A stretch of DNA of 64,000 bases from Myxococcota bacterium (GCA_963676915.2 CAXXVK010000073.1:1-64000), one strand, 5' to 3'; positions 9,799 to 19,816 are shown, numbered from the stretch's first letter. Numbers and translations: made by a program. Notes: generated from the sequence alone by a model not told the origin.

Positions 9799-10581
9799 TC
9801 AATCCACCTCCGTGAACGAAAGAGCGACGGTGCCGTAACGAGGCTGTGGAGCCGCCCATGTTGCGGAATGCTTCAAATCGAACGTCTCCGGCAACAACCG
9901 TATCCATCCGTTCGAACTGCCTGCAACCACATCAGCATCCGATTGCCAGCAAAGGTCCAGCAACAAAGCCGGAATACCGGGTACCTCAACGTTCGTATTT
10001 GCAATCATCGACGAAACCATGCTTACAAGACGGTTCCACTGGGTATCAGAAAGAGCTTCGAGTGTGAGCCGCCTTGTTTGGGACATTCCGTTCAACGTCG
10101 CCTCCACATTGCCGGAGATCGACGTACCGTGACTGACGTTGGGATGTATTTTCCCGTAATCGTGAAACGAAACGCCCTCTGAAATCAGCACGTTTTGAGG
10201 CGAGTTTTCGGAATTCAATGCATCTACATTCGTAAAGGCATAGCTGTCCGGCGTATCCGAGGCGGTTTTCGAAAAGCCGCAAAGCATTCCGATGTGACTG
10301 GAGTCGGGAAATCGCAGACGACAATCCGCCGCCACTTCACTTTGAAATCCCAGCTTCGTTCGAACCTCTTCCCCATTCGAAGAACGCACGATAGACCAAC
10401 GGAACGCAGTATGGACCGTTTCGGACTGTGTTTGCATGGTCGCAAGGAGATCGGCAAACGTTGGATACGTTCCAGCATCCACCGATACGTTCTGGTAGTT
10501 CGCTCCGCCATTCACGGACAATTCCCAAGCTCCGCAGTCCTCTTCGACCACAACCGGAGCATACAAAGCGATGAGGTTCAT
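9799..10581 (-). CDS. Distal-tail (Dit-like) protein, paralogue 2
   Basis: 260 aa between TMP and hub; ends in VALSFTEV; resembles the upstream gene. Confidence 0.45.
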   Translation of the reverse strand: MNLIALYAPVVVEEDCGAWELSVNGGANYQNVSVDAGTYPTFADLLATMQTQSETVHTAFRWSIVRSSNGEEVRTKLGFQSEVAADCRLRFPDSSHIGMLCGFSKTASDTPDSYAFTNVDALNSENSPQNVLISEGVSFHDYGKIHPNVSHGTSISGNVEATLNGMSQTRRLTLEALSDTQWNRLVSMVSSMIANTNVEVPGIPALLLDLCWQSDADVVAGSSNGWIRLLPETFDLKHSATWAAPQPRYGTVALSFTEVD

Positions 10582-11309
10582 GATTTCACCAGCAAATCCA
10601 AGCTAAAGGAGAAATAGGTGCCGCTATCGTTCCACGAAACATTCGGAGTGTGTGCCCCGGAAGAAAGAACGTAGGTTCCGACTTCTTCGAGACCATCGAA
10701 AAGTCTAATAGGCATATAGCCTTCCACAGCCCGATCGTTGGAAGACGCCATGGTGTGCCATAGTCGAAAGCGTTCGTATTCTTCGGCAGGAACCCAATCC
10801 ATGCGCATCCGAACGGTTCGCCGAGATCCAAACCCCGCCGCTATTTTTTCACCACTGGCCGCCAGGGAGGATTCCACGGTGGATTCCAACCCTTCCGGTG
10901 CCACATCGCACAATCCATGAGAAAACATCGCCCAGGGCTTATGGGATGCTGTGTGGCTCGTAGACAACTCGTAGGTTCGTGCGCAACTGAAACCGATCCA
11001 TTCCCAAAGCATGTTCTGCTGGGATACAAGCAAATCCTGCGCCGCAAACAGCGGTTTCCATGCCTCCGGTCCCGTGATCGAAAAATGTCCGCACTCCTCC
11101 ATCACCCAAGAAAATCCAGGGCTTCCCAAAGAAGCGCTTTCATTCATGCGGCTGCAAAGGTTATCCAGCAACATGAACAAACTTGTTGGTGTTTGAGACG
11201 ATACGGAGCAAGAGTACTCGTTTTCCCCCACAGCGAACCGAAGACTTGTTGCGTCGAAACCATTCGTCACATGCAACAGGGAATGCAAATGAAGCGATTT
11301 CAAGCCCAT
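10578..11309 (-). CDS. Distal-tail (Dit-like) protein, paralogue 1
   Basis: 243 aa from MGLKSLH immediately after the TMP stop; ends in FSFSLDLLVKS. Confidence 0.45.
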   Translation of the reverse strand: MGLKSLHLHSLLHVTNGFDATSLRFAVGENEYSCSVSSQTPTSLFMLLDNLCSRMNESASLGSPGFSWVMEECGHFSITGPEAWKPLFAAQDLLVSQQNMLWEWIGFSCARTYELSTSHTASHKPWAMFSHGLCDVAPEGLESTVESSLAASGEKIAAGFGSRRTVRMRMDWVPAEEYERFRLWHTMASSNDRAVEGYMPIRLFDGLEEVGTYVLSSGAHTPNVSWNDSGTYFSFSLDLLVKS

Positions 11310-11310
11310 A

Positions 11311-12195
11311 TCACACCCCCAACACTTTTGCAGGTGTCGAAGAAGCCGTAGAACCGTAGCGGTCGAGAGAATCCAAAACGGCACGAGCCAATACCGGACC
11401 ATCCGAGCGACGCCCGACGGTCGGGGAATAATTCAGCGTCAGGTACACCACGTTCGATTCACCCTGCCCGGAACTCTGACCCATCAACGAACCGGATGAA
11501 CTGTACGTATTCACTCCGTAGGAGGGAGCGGTATACACCGGTTGCGAAATGGACGACCCCGCCGAACCACGCCCCGACCCACTTCGTGCAAGAGCACTGG
11601 ACAAGGCGATCATCACGCCACCGGCAGCGATCAACGCTACCGAAGCCGCCATCGCGCCAAACCAGTTTCCACTGAAAAACGAGAGCCAGGCTTTGCTGGC
11701 AAACAGCAACGCCGTACCCAGCGCAACCATCGCCGTACCGACGATCTTGAGAAAGTCGGCCAGAAATTCCTTCATCGTGATCGGTGCGGAAGAAAACAGC
11801 GACCCCAAATACTGCATCAGCAAGATGTAGCTTTGCGTCAGGCTCTGAGCCACGGTCGATGCGAAGGATCGAGCGATCTTTTCGTTGTAGGAGAGTATGG
11901 CCTGCGTCTTCTGGCGCTCCAGCTTATCCTGAGCGATCACCTTTTTACGGGTGATTTCGATTTCCTCCTCGGCCAATCTTCGTGCCGAATCCAAACGCTC
12001 CTGTTCTCCCGAGGTTTCGTTCTGACCACTTATTTCCGCCGTGGCTCCTCCAAGAACACCGGCAGCCTGTTGATAACTGTCCACGATGGACTGCGCGCCC
12101 TGAGCCAGTTTCTGCCAAGCCTGCCATAGTTTCTCGTTTCCACTCCCTTCGACCGTAGAACCGGAATTACCGGCCGAATTTCGTTGGTACGCCAT
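11311..12195 (-). CDS. Short tape-measure protein
   Basis: 294 aa from MAYQRNS; Ala/Gln-rich helical N-half, hydrophobic Ala/Gly-rich segments, NVVYLTLNY C-terminal strand; follows the chaperone pair. Confidence 0.65.
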   Translation of the reverse strand: MAYQRNSAGNSGSTVEGSGNEKLWQAWQKLAQGAQSIVDSYQQAAGVLGGATAEISGQNETSGEQERLDSARRLAEEEIEITRKKVIAQDKLERQKTQAILSYNEKIARSFASTVAQSLTQSYILLMQYLGSLFSSAPITMKEFLADFLKIVGTAMVALGTALLFASKAWLSFFSGNWFGAMAASVALIAAGGVMIALSSALARSGSGRGSAGSSISQPVYTAPSYGVNTYSSSGSLMGQSSGQGESNVVYLTLNYSPTVGRRSDGPVLARAVLDSLDRYGSTASSTPAKVLGV

Positions 12196-12580
12196 GATTG
12201 TTTTCCTTTGCTTTTTCCATTTCCTTGTGCAGCGAAAACCGTTGCCGGGTCTGGGTATCCGCGACCAGCATGGACAGCAGATCCATGGTTTCCACGTAGA
12301 CGTTGGGTTGATCGAACCAACCGCCTTGCAGTGGCAACACGCCTTTTTTGTATCGGAAATACCAACCGAACGGATCACCCAGCGGCAGCGGATGACGTTG
12401 CAGATGTTTTCGAGGGCAACAAGTAGGCTCGATCGGGTTTCGTCCCATCTCTTTGGGCCATTGGGCTTTCCAGCCGCTTGTATTCGTTTCGCATCGCCTA
12501 CCGAACGGACAATTGGAGCAACCGAAAAGAAACTCCGGTTTGTCCACATCATCGAGACGGTAGGCGATCAGCAGTTTTTT
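12167..12580 (-). CDS. Tail assembly chaperone T-frame (C-terminal part of the GT fusion)
   Basis: Open in the -1 frame from the slippery site; contains the GVLPLQGGWFDQP motif typical of phage tail chaperones. Confidence 0.7.
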   Translation of the reverse strand, partial: KKLLIAYRLDDVDKPEFLFGCSNCPFGRRCETNTSGWKAQWPKEMGRNPIEPTCCPRKHLQRHPLPLGDPFGWYFRYKKGVLPLQGGWFDQPNVYVETMDLLSMLVADTQTRQRFSLHKEMEKAKENNHGVPTKFGR

Positions 12581-13044
12581 GCGTCGCCCTCGCCAAGTCG
12601 GGACCGGTTCAAGATTGCAAGCCCGATTTCCTGAACCGTTTCGAAGTGCAGGTTCTCGTCAATCCAGCGTTCCGAAACCAGCGGCGGATTTCCTTTGACA
12701 ATGGCTTTATCATTCCATCCATCGAAGTTTTCCATCGCCACTACGCCGTGCCGAAACGCCAGCCAGACCATCGAGCCGAAACCAATGGCGGTGCCATCCT
12801 TGCGCTGAATCGGCGCATCCTGAATACCCCGCATTTCACCCGCCGTAAGACCACGGCAAACGAAAAACGTCGGCGACATGCCGGAGTGATACGTCAGATG
12901 TTCCGGGTTGTATTCCATATCTTCGGCATAAGCGGCCAGATCGCTGTTTTCCCGATCGATCGCATCGTCTCGAATCGAAACCAGGCGGAAATCATCCATC
13001 GATCCCGCCTTTTTTTTCAAGGCCATATCCTTCTCCGTCAGCAA
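12568..13044 (-). CDS. Tail assembly chaperone (gpG-like)
   Basis: ~150 aa ending GCA AAA AAC TGC TGA; located between tail tube and TMP. Confidence 0.7.
   Translation of the reverse strand: MLTEKDMALKKKAGSMDDFRLVSIRDDAIDRENSDLAAYAEDMEYNPEHLTYHSGMSPTFFVCRGLTAGEMRGIQDAPIQRKDGTAIGFGSMVWLAFRHGVVAMENFDGWNDKAIVKGNPPLVSERWIDENLHFETVQEIGLAILNRSRLGEGDAKNC
12574..12580 (-). other. Programmed -1 ribosomal frameshift heptamer A_AAA_AAC
   Basis: X XXY YYZ heptamer in frame, one sense codon before the G stop; the -1 frame reads KKLLIAYRLDDVDKPEF directly into ORF 12167..12547. Confidence 0.75.
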
Positions 13045-13048
13045 AATT

Positions 13049-13585
13049 TTAGGAAATTTTTCGAGTGAATACTCGCCCGCCGCAATACGCCGTATGTCGA
13101 ATGGCCGCTTTTACGGCCCGCTCGACGATGGCTTCCGGCTCGGTTGAACTCTCTGCAAGCGTGTCCATCACTCCCAACGCGACTTCAGAACCCGAACCTA
13201 CGGCGTCGTAATTGAAGCGGCTTTTCGTGACGGTAAGATCTCCGTTGCAACGGTAGCAATCGCTCGAAGTGACCAATAGAGCCTGAAAATCCAGCCCGTC
13301 TCCCGCTTCCACTCCCGCCACAGCTTCCACGCCGTCGGAACAGGCGAATTCCCAGAAAAATCGCCTTGCCTCTTTCAACGAGCGAATGCGCCGGATATGT
13401 GATACCGAGCGGATGTACTCGTTCATCAAGCCGTAATACAAGGCGTGTCCCACGATCATCACCGCACCGAACGGCAACCGCTCCCACTTGGGACCAACCC
13501 ACAGACGGTCGTTTCCCGCCTCGGCCTGGGCGTCGGAGCCGATCCAGGTTTCGCCGTTTTTCCGAATCGCGACACATACGCTCAT
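13049..13585 (-). CDS. Ntn-hydrolase, HslV/proteasome beta-subunit-like peptidase
   Basis: 178 aa from M-SVCVAI..WIGSDAQ..PKW..AVGSGSEVALG..AVKAAIRHTAYCGGRV; ATG lies 1 nt after the tail-tube stop. Confidence 0.75.
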   Translation of the reverse strand: MSVCVAIRKNGETWIGSDAQAEAGNDRLWVGPKWERLPFGAVMIVGHALYYGLMNEYIRSVSHIRRIRSLKEARRFFWEFACSDGVEAVAGVEAGDGLDFQALLVTSSDCYRCNGDLTVTKSRFNYDAVGSGSEVALGVMDTLAESSTEPEAIVERAVKAAIRHTAYCGGRVFTRKIS

Positions 13586-13586
13586 A

Positions 13587-14855
13587 TCAGACAACCTTTC
13601 CGAAAAAGGCCAACGTCCAGTCGGGACAGTTCTCCCCAACATCTGAAGCATCGAAATATTCGTTCGGATCGAGCGGCGTCAGTTCGAGCGTCTGTGCGAG
13701 GCGACCCTGCACTTCTTCCTCATCGGCCACACGGATTTCGCAGGCCGGAGCGTGAAACGCGATACCATTGGCCGGATCGCCGACATTCCACAGCACCGAA
13801 ACAACACTTCCGTTTCGATAAGCACTGTGATGGCTTTCGGCGAAATAAACTCCGAGAGTGACTTTCGGCGAGTAGCTACGGATATCCCACGGCGCTAAGC
13901 CTTGAGAGGCGGACATGTCGTGTTTCTCGGGGTATTCCATACCGGGATCGAAAGCGAATTTGTAGTACGGATACGCCACTCCATTGATCTGCAAACCTCC
14001 TGAAAGCGCCAGCATATCGGGAGGATACACGGCATACGGTCCACCGCTTGACACCCCTTTCACAACCGCCGGTACAACGTGCGTTTCCTCTACGAACAAC
14101 CCGCCGTCCTCCTGAACGGCGTGCGTCAATCCGTGAAGATCGAATTCAATCAGCACCCGGCTGTTGGCCGAGGTGTCATCGATTTTCGCATTACCAACCA
14201 GTCCCGTGAGATAGCGGCTGAAATACTCGCCCCCCATCTCGATAGAACGCTGTTGCAGGCTCAGTGTATTTGGATTTGAGGGAGAAGGCGTAAACGATAC
14301 GGCGGCAGACAACGAGCTGCCTTGCGCCGCGTGAGCGATCGAATACCGCCCGTTCCAGTCCCAATATATTTCGTTCGTATCGGAATCGATGCTGGCGATA
14401 GCACATGGCTCATACCTACCGTTCGAATCCGGACCGACCATGATCACGTCGCCAACCGCAAAATCCTCAGCCGGATCACTTACCAACACACCTTTGGCAG
14501 TCGTCGTACCTTCTTGAAGTGTCGCCCCTTTTCCGATGTGACCATCCCCCAACGTCGCCCGCAGCAAATGACCGAGTTCGTTCGGATATGTAGCATATTG
14601 ATTCACTGCGGCGCGATCGCCACCCGAACGTGCAGCCAGTTTCAATTTTGCCTGGTTACGCAAAGCACCGCGCAACGAACGGGTTTGCGACAGATCGGCG
14701 CGCATCGGCGATCGTTCGAGCAAACTTGTTTCGACCTTGATTTCCGCGTCGTCGTCGGGACGAATTTCCGTCCAGCCATCGGCTTCGCCGGGTAACGTGT
14801 CGAAACTATCTTCCAGGCGACAGATGACTCGATGTCGTTTGTATGGATAACTCAT
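13587..14855 (-). CDS. Tail tube (major tail) protein
   Basis: 422 aa beta-rich protein (LGHLLRATLG, YLTGLVG, VGDPANGIAFHAP); position after tail terminator; no sheath gene nearby. Confidence 0.7.
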   Translation of the reverse strand: MSYPYKRHRVICRLEDSFDTLPGEADGWTEIRPDDDAEIKVETSLLERSPMRADLSQTRSLRGALRNQAKLKLAARSGGDRAAVNQYATYPNELGHLLRATLGDGHIGKGATLQEGTTTAKGVLVSDPAEDFAVGDVIMVGPDSNGRYEPCAIASIDSDTNEIYWDWNGRYSIAHAAQGSSLSAAVSFTPSPSNPNTLSLQQRSIEMGGEYFSRYLTGLVGNAKIDDTSANSRVLIEFDLHGLTHAVQEDGGLFVEETHVVPAVVKGVSSGGPYAVYPPDMLALSGGLQINGVAYPYYKFAFDPGMEYPEKHDMSASQGLAPWDIRSYSPKVTLGVYFAESHHSAYRNGSVVSVLWNVGDPANGIAFHAPACEIRVADEEEVQGRLAQTLELTPLDPNEYFDASDVGENCPDWTLAFFGKVV

Positions 14856-14881
14856 GGATTCTCTTTCTGCGTTTTTTCAGG

Positions 14882-15325
14882 TTATGGCTCGATCCAATCG
14901 ACCGTAAATCGATGAACGGCCTTTGTTACGTGCCTTTCACGTATCGGCGCGTCGCTGCCTTGGTAGGAAATCAAACGCACGCCGCCAGGCCATTGATCAG
15001 GATCTTCGAACGCCTGACGAATCAGGTCCATGTCCCCTTCTACGAAAGACTCGTCGAACGCCCGAGAACGGCTTCTCGGATACAGCACGGTAAGAACGCA
15101 CGCAGCGCTGTATTCGCGACCCGTGGATACTCTCGACACGGAACGCACCTCACCCGCATCGAGCACGAAACGTCGAAACGACTGAGCATTCGAAAGATCT
15201 TTCGCATCCAATGGAGCATCCAGCCTGATAAAACCTGCGTCAAAGGGCGCTTCATCACCCACCGGAAGGCCCGAAAGGCTCTCCAGAACCGTCGCCAGAG
15301 ACTGCAAAATCGTTGCGTAGCTCAT
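14882..15325 (-). CDS. Putative tail terminator/completion protein
   Basis: 147 aa; size and position just upstream of the tube gene; C-terminal HRFTVDW strand. Confidence 0.5.
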   Translation of the reverse strand: MSYATILQSLATVLESLSGLPVGDEAPFDAGFIRLDAPLDAKDLSNAQSFRRFVLDAGEVRSVSRVSTGREYSAACVLTVLYPRSRSRAFDESFVEGDMDLIRQAFEDPDQWPGGVRLISYQGSDAPIRERHVTKAVHRFTVDWIEP

Positions 15326-16017
15326 GGTGCCAGCCTCGCCGTGGCCAGAGTTTTTTCGACCTCCCCTACCCCACCGCTTTCGGCATCGACACGAACGGAG
15401 GACAAGAAACGTTCCAGCTCGTTTTCGTACCGGTCATGTGTGGCTACGAATTTATCCATGTAAATGTCGTCGCCATGACTCATCGAGAAATACATCCGAG
15501 CCTGCGCAAGACTCAGTAACAGCCGGTCGAGCCACACCTGGTCGTAAACGGTTCCCGGCCAGATGCCATCCTGTTCGAGCCGTAGCCGCAATTCGATTTC
15601 GGAGGTTCCAAGCACTTTTTTCCGCGTCCAGCCATCCGGGTCGTGAGCTTCGAACGACGGGTCCATGTCGGAAAGATCTTCGCCCGACACGTTGGGTGTC
15701 CAGGTTTTTCGACTGACCCGAAATCCCCTTACAACCGTGGGGAGACTGTCGTATTCGACCGTTGCACGGTACCCGTCGGAAACGGTCCATGGCTGTGGAG
15801 ACGATGTATTCAGGCTGCAATAGCAAACGCCATCGTCCCCATTCCACAGCATGGCTTTTTCTGTAACAAGAGCGTTTCCGTCCGGATCGTTCACCGTCAA
15901 AAGGGCTTGCGGGTTTTCTTCCACCTCACCCCACGAATCGGTAGGAACGACCCAAAACGTCGTGGCTGGCTCATCCGTCGGGATTTCCCGTGGAAAGAGA
16001 AGATAACTGTGTGCCAT
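15322..16017 (-). CDS. Putative head-tail connector (adaptor) with N-terminal Ig-like domain
   Basis: 231 aa; beta-rich N-half, helical C-half; 4-nt overlap with the next gene. Confidence 0.45.
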   Translation of the reverse strand: MAHSYLLFPREIPTDEPATTFWVVPTDSWGEVEENPQALLTVNDPDGNALVTEKAMLWNGDDGVCYCSLNTSSPQPWTVSDGYRATVEYDSLPTVVRGFRVSRKTWTPNVSGEDLSDMDPSFEAHDPDGWTRKKVLGTSEIELRLRLEQDGIWPGTVYDQVWLDRLLLSLAQARMYFSMSHGDDIYMDKFVATHDRYENELERFLSSVRVDAESGGVGEVEKTLATARLAP

Positions 16018-18355
16018 GTCGTTTCCCTTTCTTGGTTACGCGATCGTTTCCCAGGTTTTTGAATTGTGGTGGTACTTGAGCGTAACGGCCTCGTTTTGTG
16101 AAAAAGCTTTGGTCGCCGAACCGCCGATGGTATCGCTTTCGTGAATTGCGAAACGTCGCGGCTACATCCGGAGCATGCGTCCATGAGGACGACACCGTGG
16201 CTTTCCAATATTCCTTGGTCGTAGCCGAGGTATCGCCGCTAACGTCGGATGCCTCAAGACCGGCAGCGGAGATCGTAGCCGTAGAAGGATCGGTATCGTC
16301 TGAAAACCCCGTAAGGCTTCCGTCCGCAAAATCGCCATCATCACTCGTCAACGAACTCTGCGTAAACGTCAACCAGTCTGTACCGACACCGGCAACGACA
16401 ATACCGGAATGCTGGCGGCGACTCAGAGTCAGCGTGTTGGCACCTTTGGACAACACCGACACTTCGAGCGCATCTTCTTCGGAGGCCACACTCGGAAGAT
16501 ACAGTGTAAGGTTGCTCGAAGATGTGTCCACGCGCAGGCATTTTCCTTCGCACTCGCTTACGGCCAGCACATCCTGGTCGTTTGCTGCCGTTTTTTCGAG
16601 CCATGCGAGCCGCAGGTTCCTTTTTTCGACCAACTCGCCACTGATTTTCTGGGCCGACCAGAGATCGGTCGTTCCCGAAGCGGCGTCGTCGATTTCCCGG
16701 TGAGTATCCGTGCTATCGACATGCGCCCGCAATTCAGAAGCAGAAACTTCGTTGGCACCGCCCTCGTCGAGCTTCGCATCCGTTCCGCTCGTATGACGTA
16801 CAGCAGTGTTCGCCGCCACATCGGTATGCGCCGTGATGCTCGCCGTCATATCGGTAACATCTGTCGCCGTGTGCGTATGATCCTTATCGGACTTACCGGA
16901 AAGACCATGATCCACCACGGCAAAGGGAATTTCATCCGTTCCCAAAGCATAGGCAAAAGCCGTACCGTCGGCGACATTTGCAAGCAACTGATCCAACGGT
17001 CGTTCCACAAATTTCTTGCCCGATAGCGTCGCCGCATTCAGCACGCGTCCGTCAAAGCAGGAACCGATGTACGCGGACACCTCATAGTTTTCCGCAGGTT
17101 CTGGAAATACAGGCGTATTGTCCGTTGTGTGATGAAACGCGATGTCCCAGGTATAATCGTCCGCTCCCTGGTTCCAACTGTCCCACACGCCCTCGTAAAA
17201 GATGTCGTGGTAGGGGTAACCGCTGGCTGTATGCAGGTTGTCCGTGTTCGTATACGAAGCGCCACGGGTATGAAGCGTTTCCGTTCCTTCCGCTCCATTC
17301 CAATACATTTCTATCACGATGAAAAAGTATTCTTCGTTTGCAATACCGCTTACGGATTGGAACGGAAACTCGGAAACGAAGGAACCACTTGAGTCGATCT
17401 GCCCTTCCAACTCCCACGATACCGTGCCGATGGGAGGCGTACAGTTGTACCATTCCGTCTCGCCACGAACATCCGTCATATTCGGAAGACCGCTGCCATC
17501 CACACCCACGACGTAGAATTTGAAATAGAGCGAGCTGGAAATTGCCGCCACAGTTTGGAGTTGTGCCTCTGAAACGCTTGTCGGATAGATCGTCGCAGCG
17601 TCGTACGGTGACGTTCGAACATTGCGCATTTTTCGGCTCGTCTTACGACGTCGGTAGGCACTGCTCGGACCGCCATTGTCGATTTTATCGTTTGCCGTAG
17701 GGTGGCCGTAAACCTGCTCTACAGTTGTTAATACCGCCATACACCGGTCGAAATACGCCGGTTTCCTTATGGTGTTCGATAATGGCAAGCCGGTTGATTC
17801 CAGAAGCCAGCGGGAAACCGTACCGATCAGGTGCGCTGTCGGCAGCAAGCCACGCATAGCCTTCAACGTTTCCCAAGGATGCAGGATCATCGCCATCCAA
17901 TGTACCCGTCGTCAGATCGAGTTCGACCGTTCCCCCGGATTTCAGCCGTGGTACCGTCGTTTGCGGGTAACGTCGCCCTCCGACCGTCCCGTTTTCAAAC
18001 ACACGCAGGCCGGGAAGAATTCTCAAACGACAATCCGCTTCCGGAGCGTTTTCATACACGAGTAGCGAGCCGGGAAGATGATTTTCATGTTCTGCAAAAT
18101 CCTGACAGAATCGATCTCCACCGATGTCTTCGACGCACTCCAAAACTTTTGTGCATCACCCGTTCCAGCGTCGTCATCCAGTGCAAGACCACTGTCGGCC
18201 AAATCGCCGCTTTCATCGAAACTCGCAAGGTTGCCGTCCGTAGCCTCATCCACTTTTGCTGCTTTATCGCTCAGCAAGGAATCGGCCTGTTCTTTCGTAT
18301 AATAACGATCGTCGTTGGTTTTCGGCGGCACCCAGCGAATGTTGGATGTACCCAT
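15971..18355 (-). CDS. Long virion fibre/decoration protein, split by apparent frameshifts (ORFs 18023..18355, 17685..18143, 15971..17896)
   Basis: Fibre motifs DDRYYTKEQAD, two copies of DD....WSA.K, and DHTH; GGAGG RBS before 18355. Exact boundaries uncertain. Confidence 0.5.
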
Positions 18356-18364
18356 CGTTACCTC

Positions 18365-18659
18365 CTAGTTGTTGAACGAAAGCACCATGCGCCACGGTTC
18401 CGGTCGTGGCTGTCACGTTTCCACGCACCTCGTACCAACCGAAATCTTCGATGTGGATCGCCGTGTCGTCCGTCTCGCAGGTTTCGAGCGTCATCCAGTT
18501 TTCGTTTTTCTGCCGTGCCTGCAACTCGACCGTCGCCGTATCGGAAATTCCGATCGTCACGATGTAACGCCCATGTCTACGGCGATTGAGCTGAAACGCC
18601 TCACCGGAACCGGTTGTATCGACGTCGTCAAGCAGGATCACTTTGTGCGAATAGCTCAT
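18365..18659 (-). CDS. Small beta-sandwich virion protein (head decoration-like); 3' end probably frameshifted
   Basis: MSYSHKVILLD..ATVELQA..WYEVRGNVT; an alternative-frame TAG at 18365-18367 directly precedes the next RBS. Confidence 0.4.
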
Positions 18660-18778
18660 GAAGTGTCTCCATCATAAAAACGGTCCGTGCGCACCGGGGC
18701 CTGATCATTCCGCTGGACGTAAGCGCGGGTGCGCACGAACCGAAATGTTTGCCATTCCTCTTCACATTTTCCCATTTA

Positions 18779-18804
18779 GGAGAGAGGGGAGGACATACCT
18801 CCCC
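18779..18804 (-). terminator. Putative intrinsic terminator downstream of the capsid gene
   Basis: GGGGAGG-TATGT-CCTCCCC hairpin followed by pyrimidine-rich TCTCTCC on the minus strand (weak U tract). Confidence 0.4.
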
Positions 18805-18880
18805 CATGAGAAGAGAAACAAGAGAGAAGGAATTCACGAGCTTATTCAACACATGAATTCCCATGGAAGGTTGAGTCGGA

Positions 18881-19816
18881 TTATCCAACCGCCTTGGTCA
18901 CGCCTTTCAGACGCGCCGCCGCTTTGGAATGCAGGATGATGATGCTCGCCGCCCATTCGATGACGGTGAGGTATTTCATGTCGGACTGCAGGCCCATGTC
19001 GATCACGTCCATCATCTTGTTCTGCACGCCACAGAGGTATTCCTCCGCTCCGAAACGCACGGCATAGATGGACCGGTGTCTTCGTCTTCTCCCTGCGTTT
19101 CGTCGAATCCCAGGATGGTATTGCCTTCGTGGTCTTCTTCGATCACACGGATAGGAACGCCGCCGTAGTGGCTGCATTCCCGGCCGAAAGCATCGGGACC
19201 GTAACAGATGCGGCTGTCGTTGCGCAGCAGTTTCGAAACCTCGCGACGCATGGCCTTGCTCATCAGCAACATGTCCGGTCCGCCGCTGACGGCATCGCAG
19301 AGGTCGTCGAGCATATCGGTGGTCAAGTCGGCGCCATCGGCATCCGACGCACCGCCCGCGTACAGAAGTTGCGACCCGGTCAGACGAGCATTGAGACCGT
19401 CGACTGACGGGAGTCTTCGCCGGAGTTGCCGTCGAAGAACATTTTCGTAAAGAAAAGTGCCGCCGCTTTGGCTTTGAGACGATCGTGTACAGCTCGGACG
19501 GCTCCAATGCCCAGGCCATCGGCACCTTGCCCACGCGATTCGGCCAACACCTTGTCCACTTTCGATTTTCCACCGAAAATCTTCGTCGTCTCGACCAACT
19601 GTTGGAGCACACCGGTGGATTCGCTGTAATCTTCGTTGATTCCACGAAAAGCGATACCGGGAAGCGTGTCCTCACGGTTGTAGATGAAACTGCCGCCGGG
19701 AACGTCGATGAACGGCAGAGCTTCGAGAATGGAGAGTTGTAAGGGAACGTGACCACCACGTTTCGTTTGACATGATCGTCGATCAGTTTCGAGGCTTCCA
19801 GTAAAGTCAGTGCCAT
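18881..19816 (-). CDS. Major capsid protein (HK97 fold, epsilon15 gp7-like); three apparent 1-nt deletions
   Basis: Joining frames gives MALTLLEASKL..ILEALPF..YNREDTLPGIAFRGINE..QFDGLNARL..SIYAVRFG..AAARLKGV (~312 aa). Confidence 0.85.
   Translation of the reverse strand: MALTLLEASKLIDDHVKRNVVVTFPYNSPFSKLCRSSTFPAAVSSTTVRTRFPVSLFVESTKITANPPVCSNSWSRRRRFSVENRKWTRCWPNRVGKVPMAWALEPSELYTIVSKPKRRHFSLRKCSSTATPAKTPVSRRSQCSSDRVATSVRGRCVGCRWRRLDHRYARRPLRCRQRRTGHVADEQGHASRGFETAAQRQPHLLRSRCFRPGMQPLRRRSYPCDRRRPRRQYHPGIRRNAGRRRRHRSIYAVRFGAEEYLCGVQNKMMDVIDMGLQSDMKYLTVIEWAASIIILHSKAAARLKGVTKAVG

Noticed and set aside
6744-15325. Contractile injection system, R-type tailocin or T6SS
   Set aside because: No sheath, baseplate wedge (gpJ/gp25), VgrG/PAAR or Afp15-type ATPase recognised, and head genes are present.
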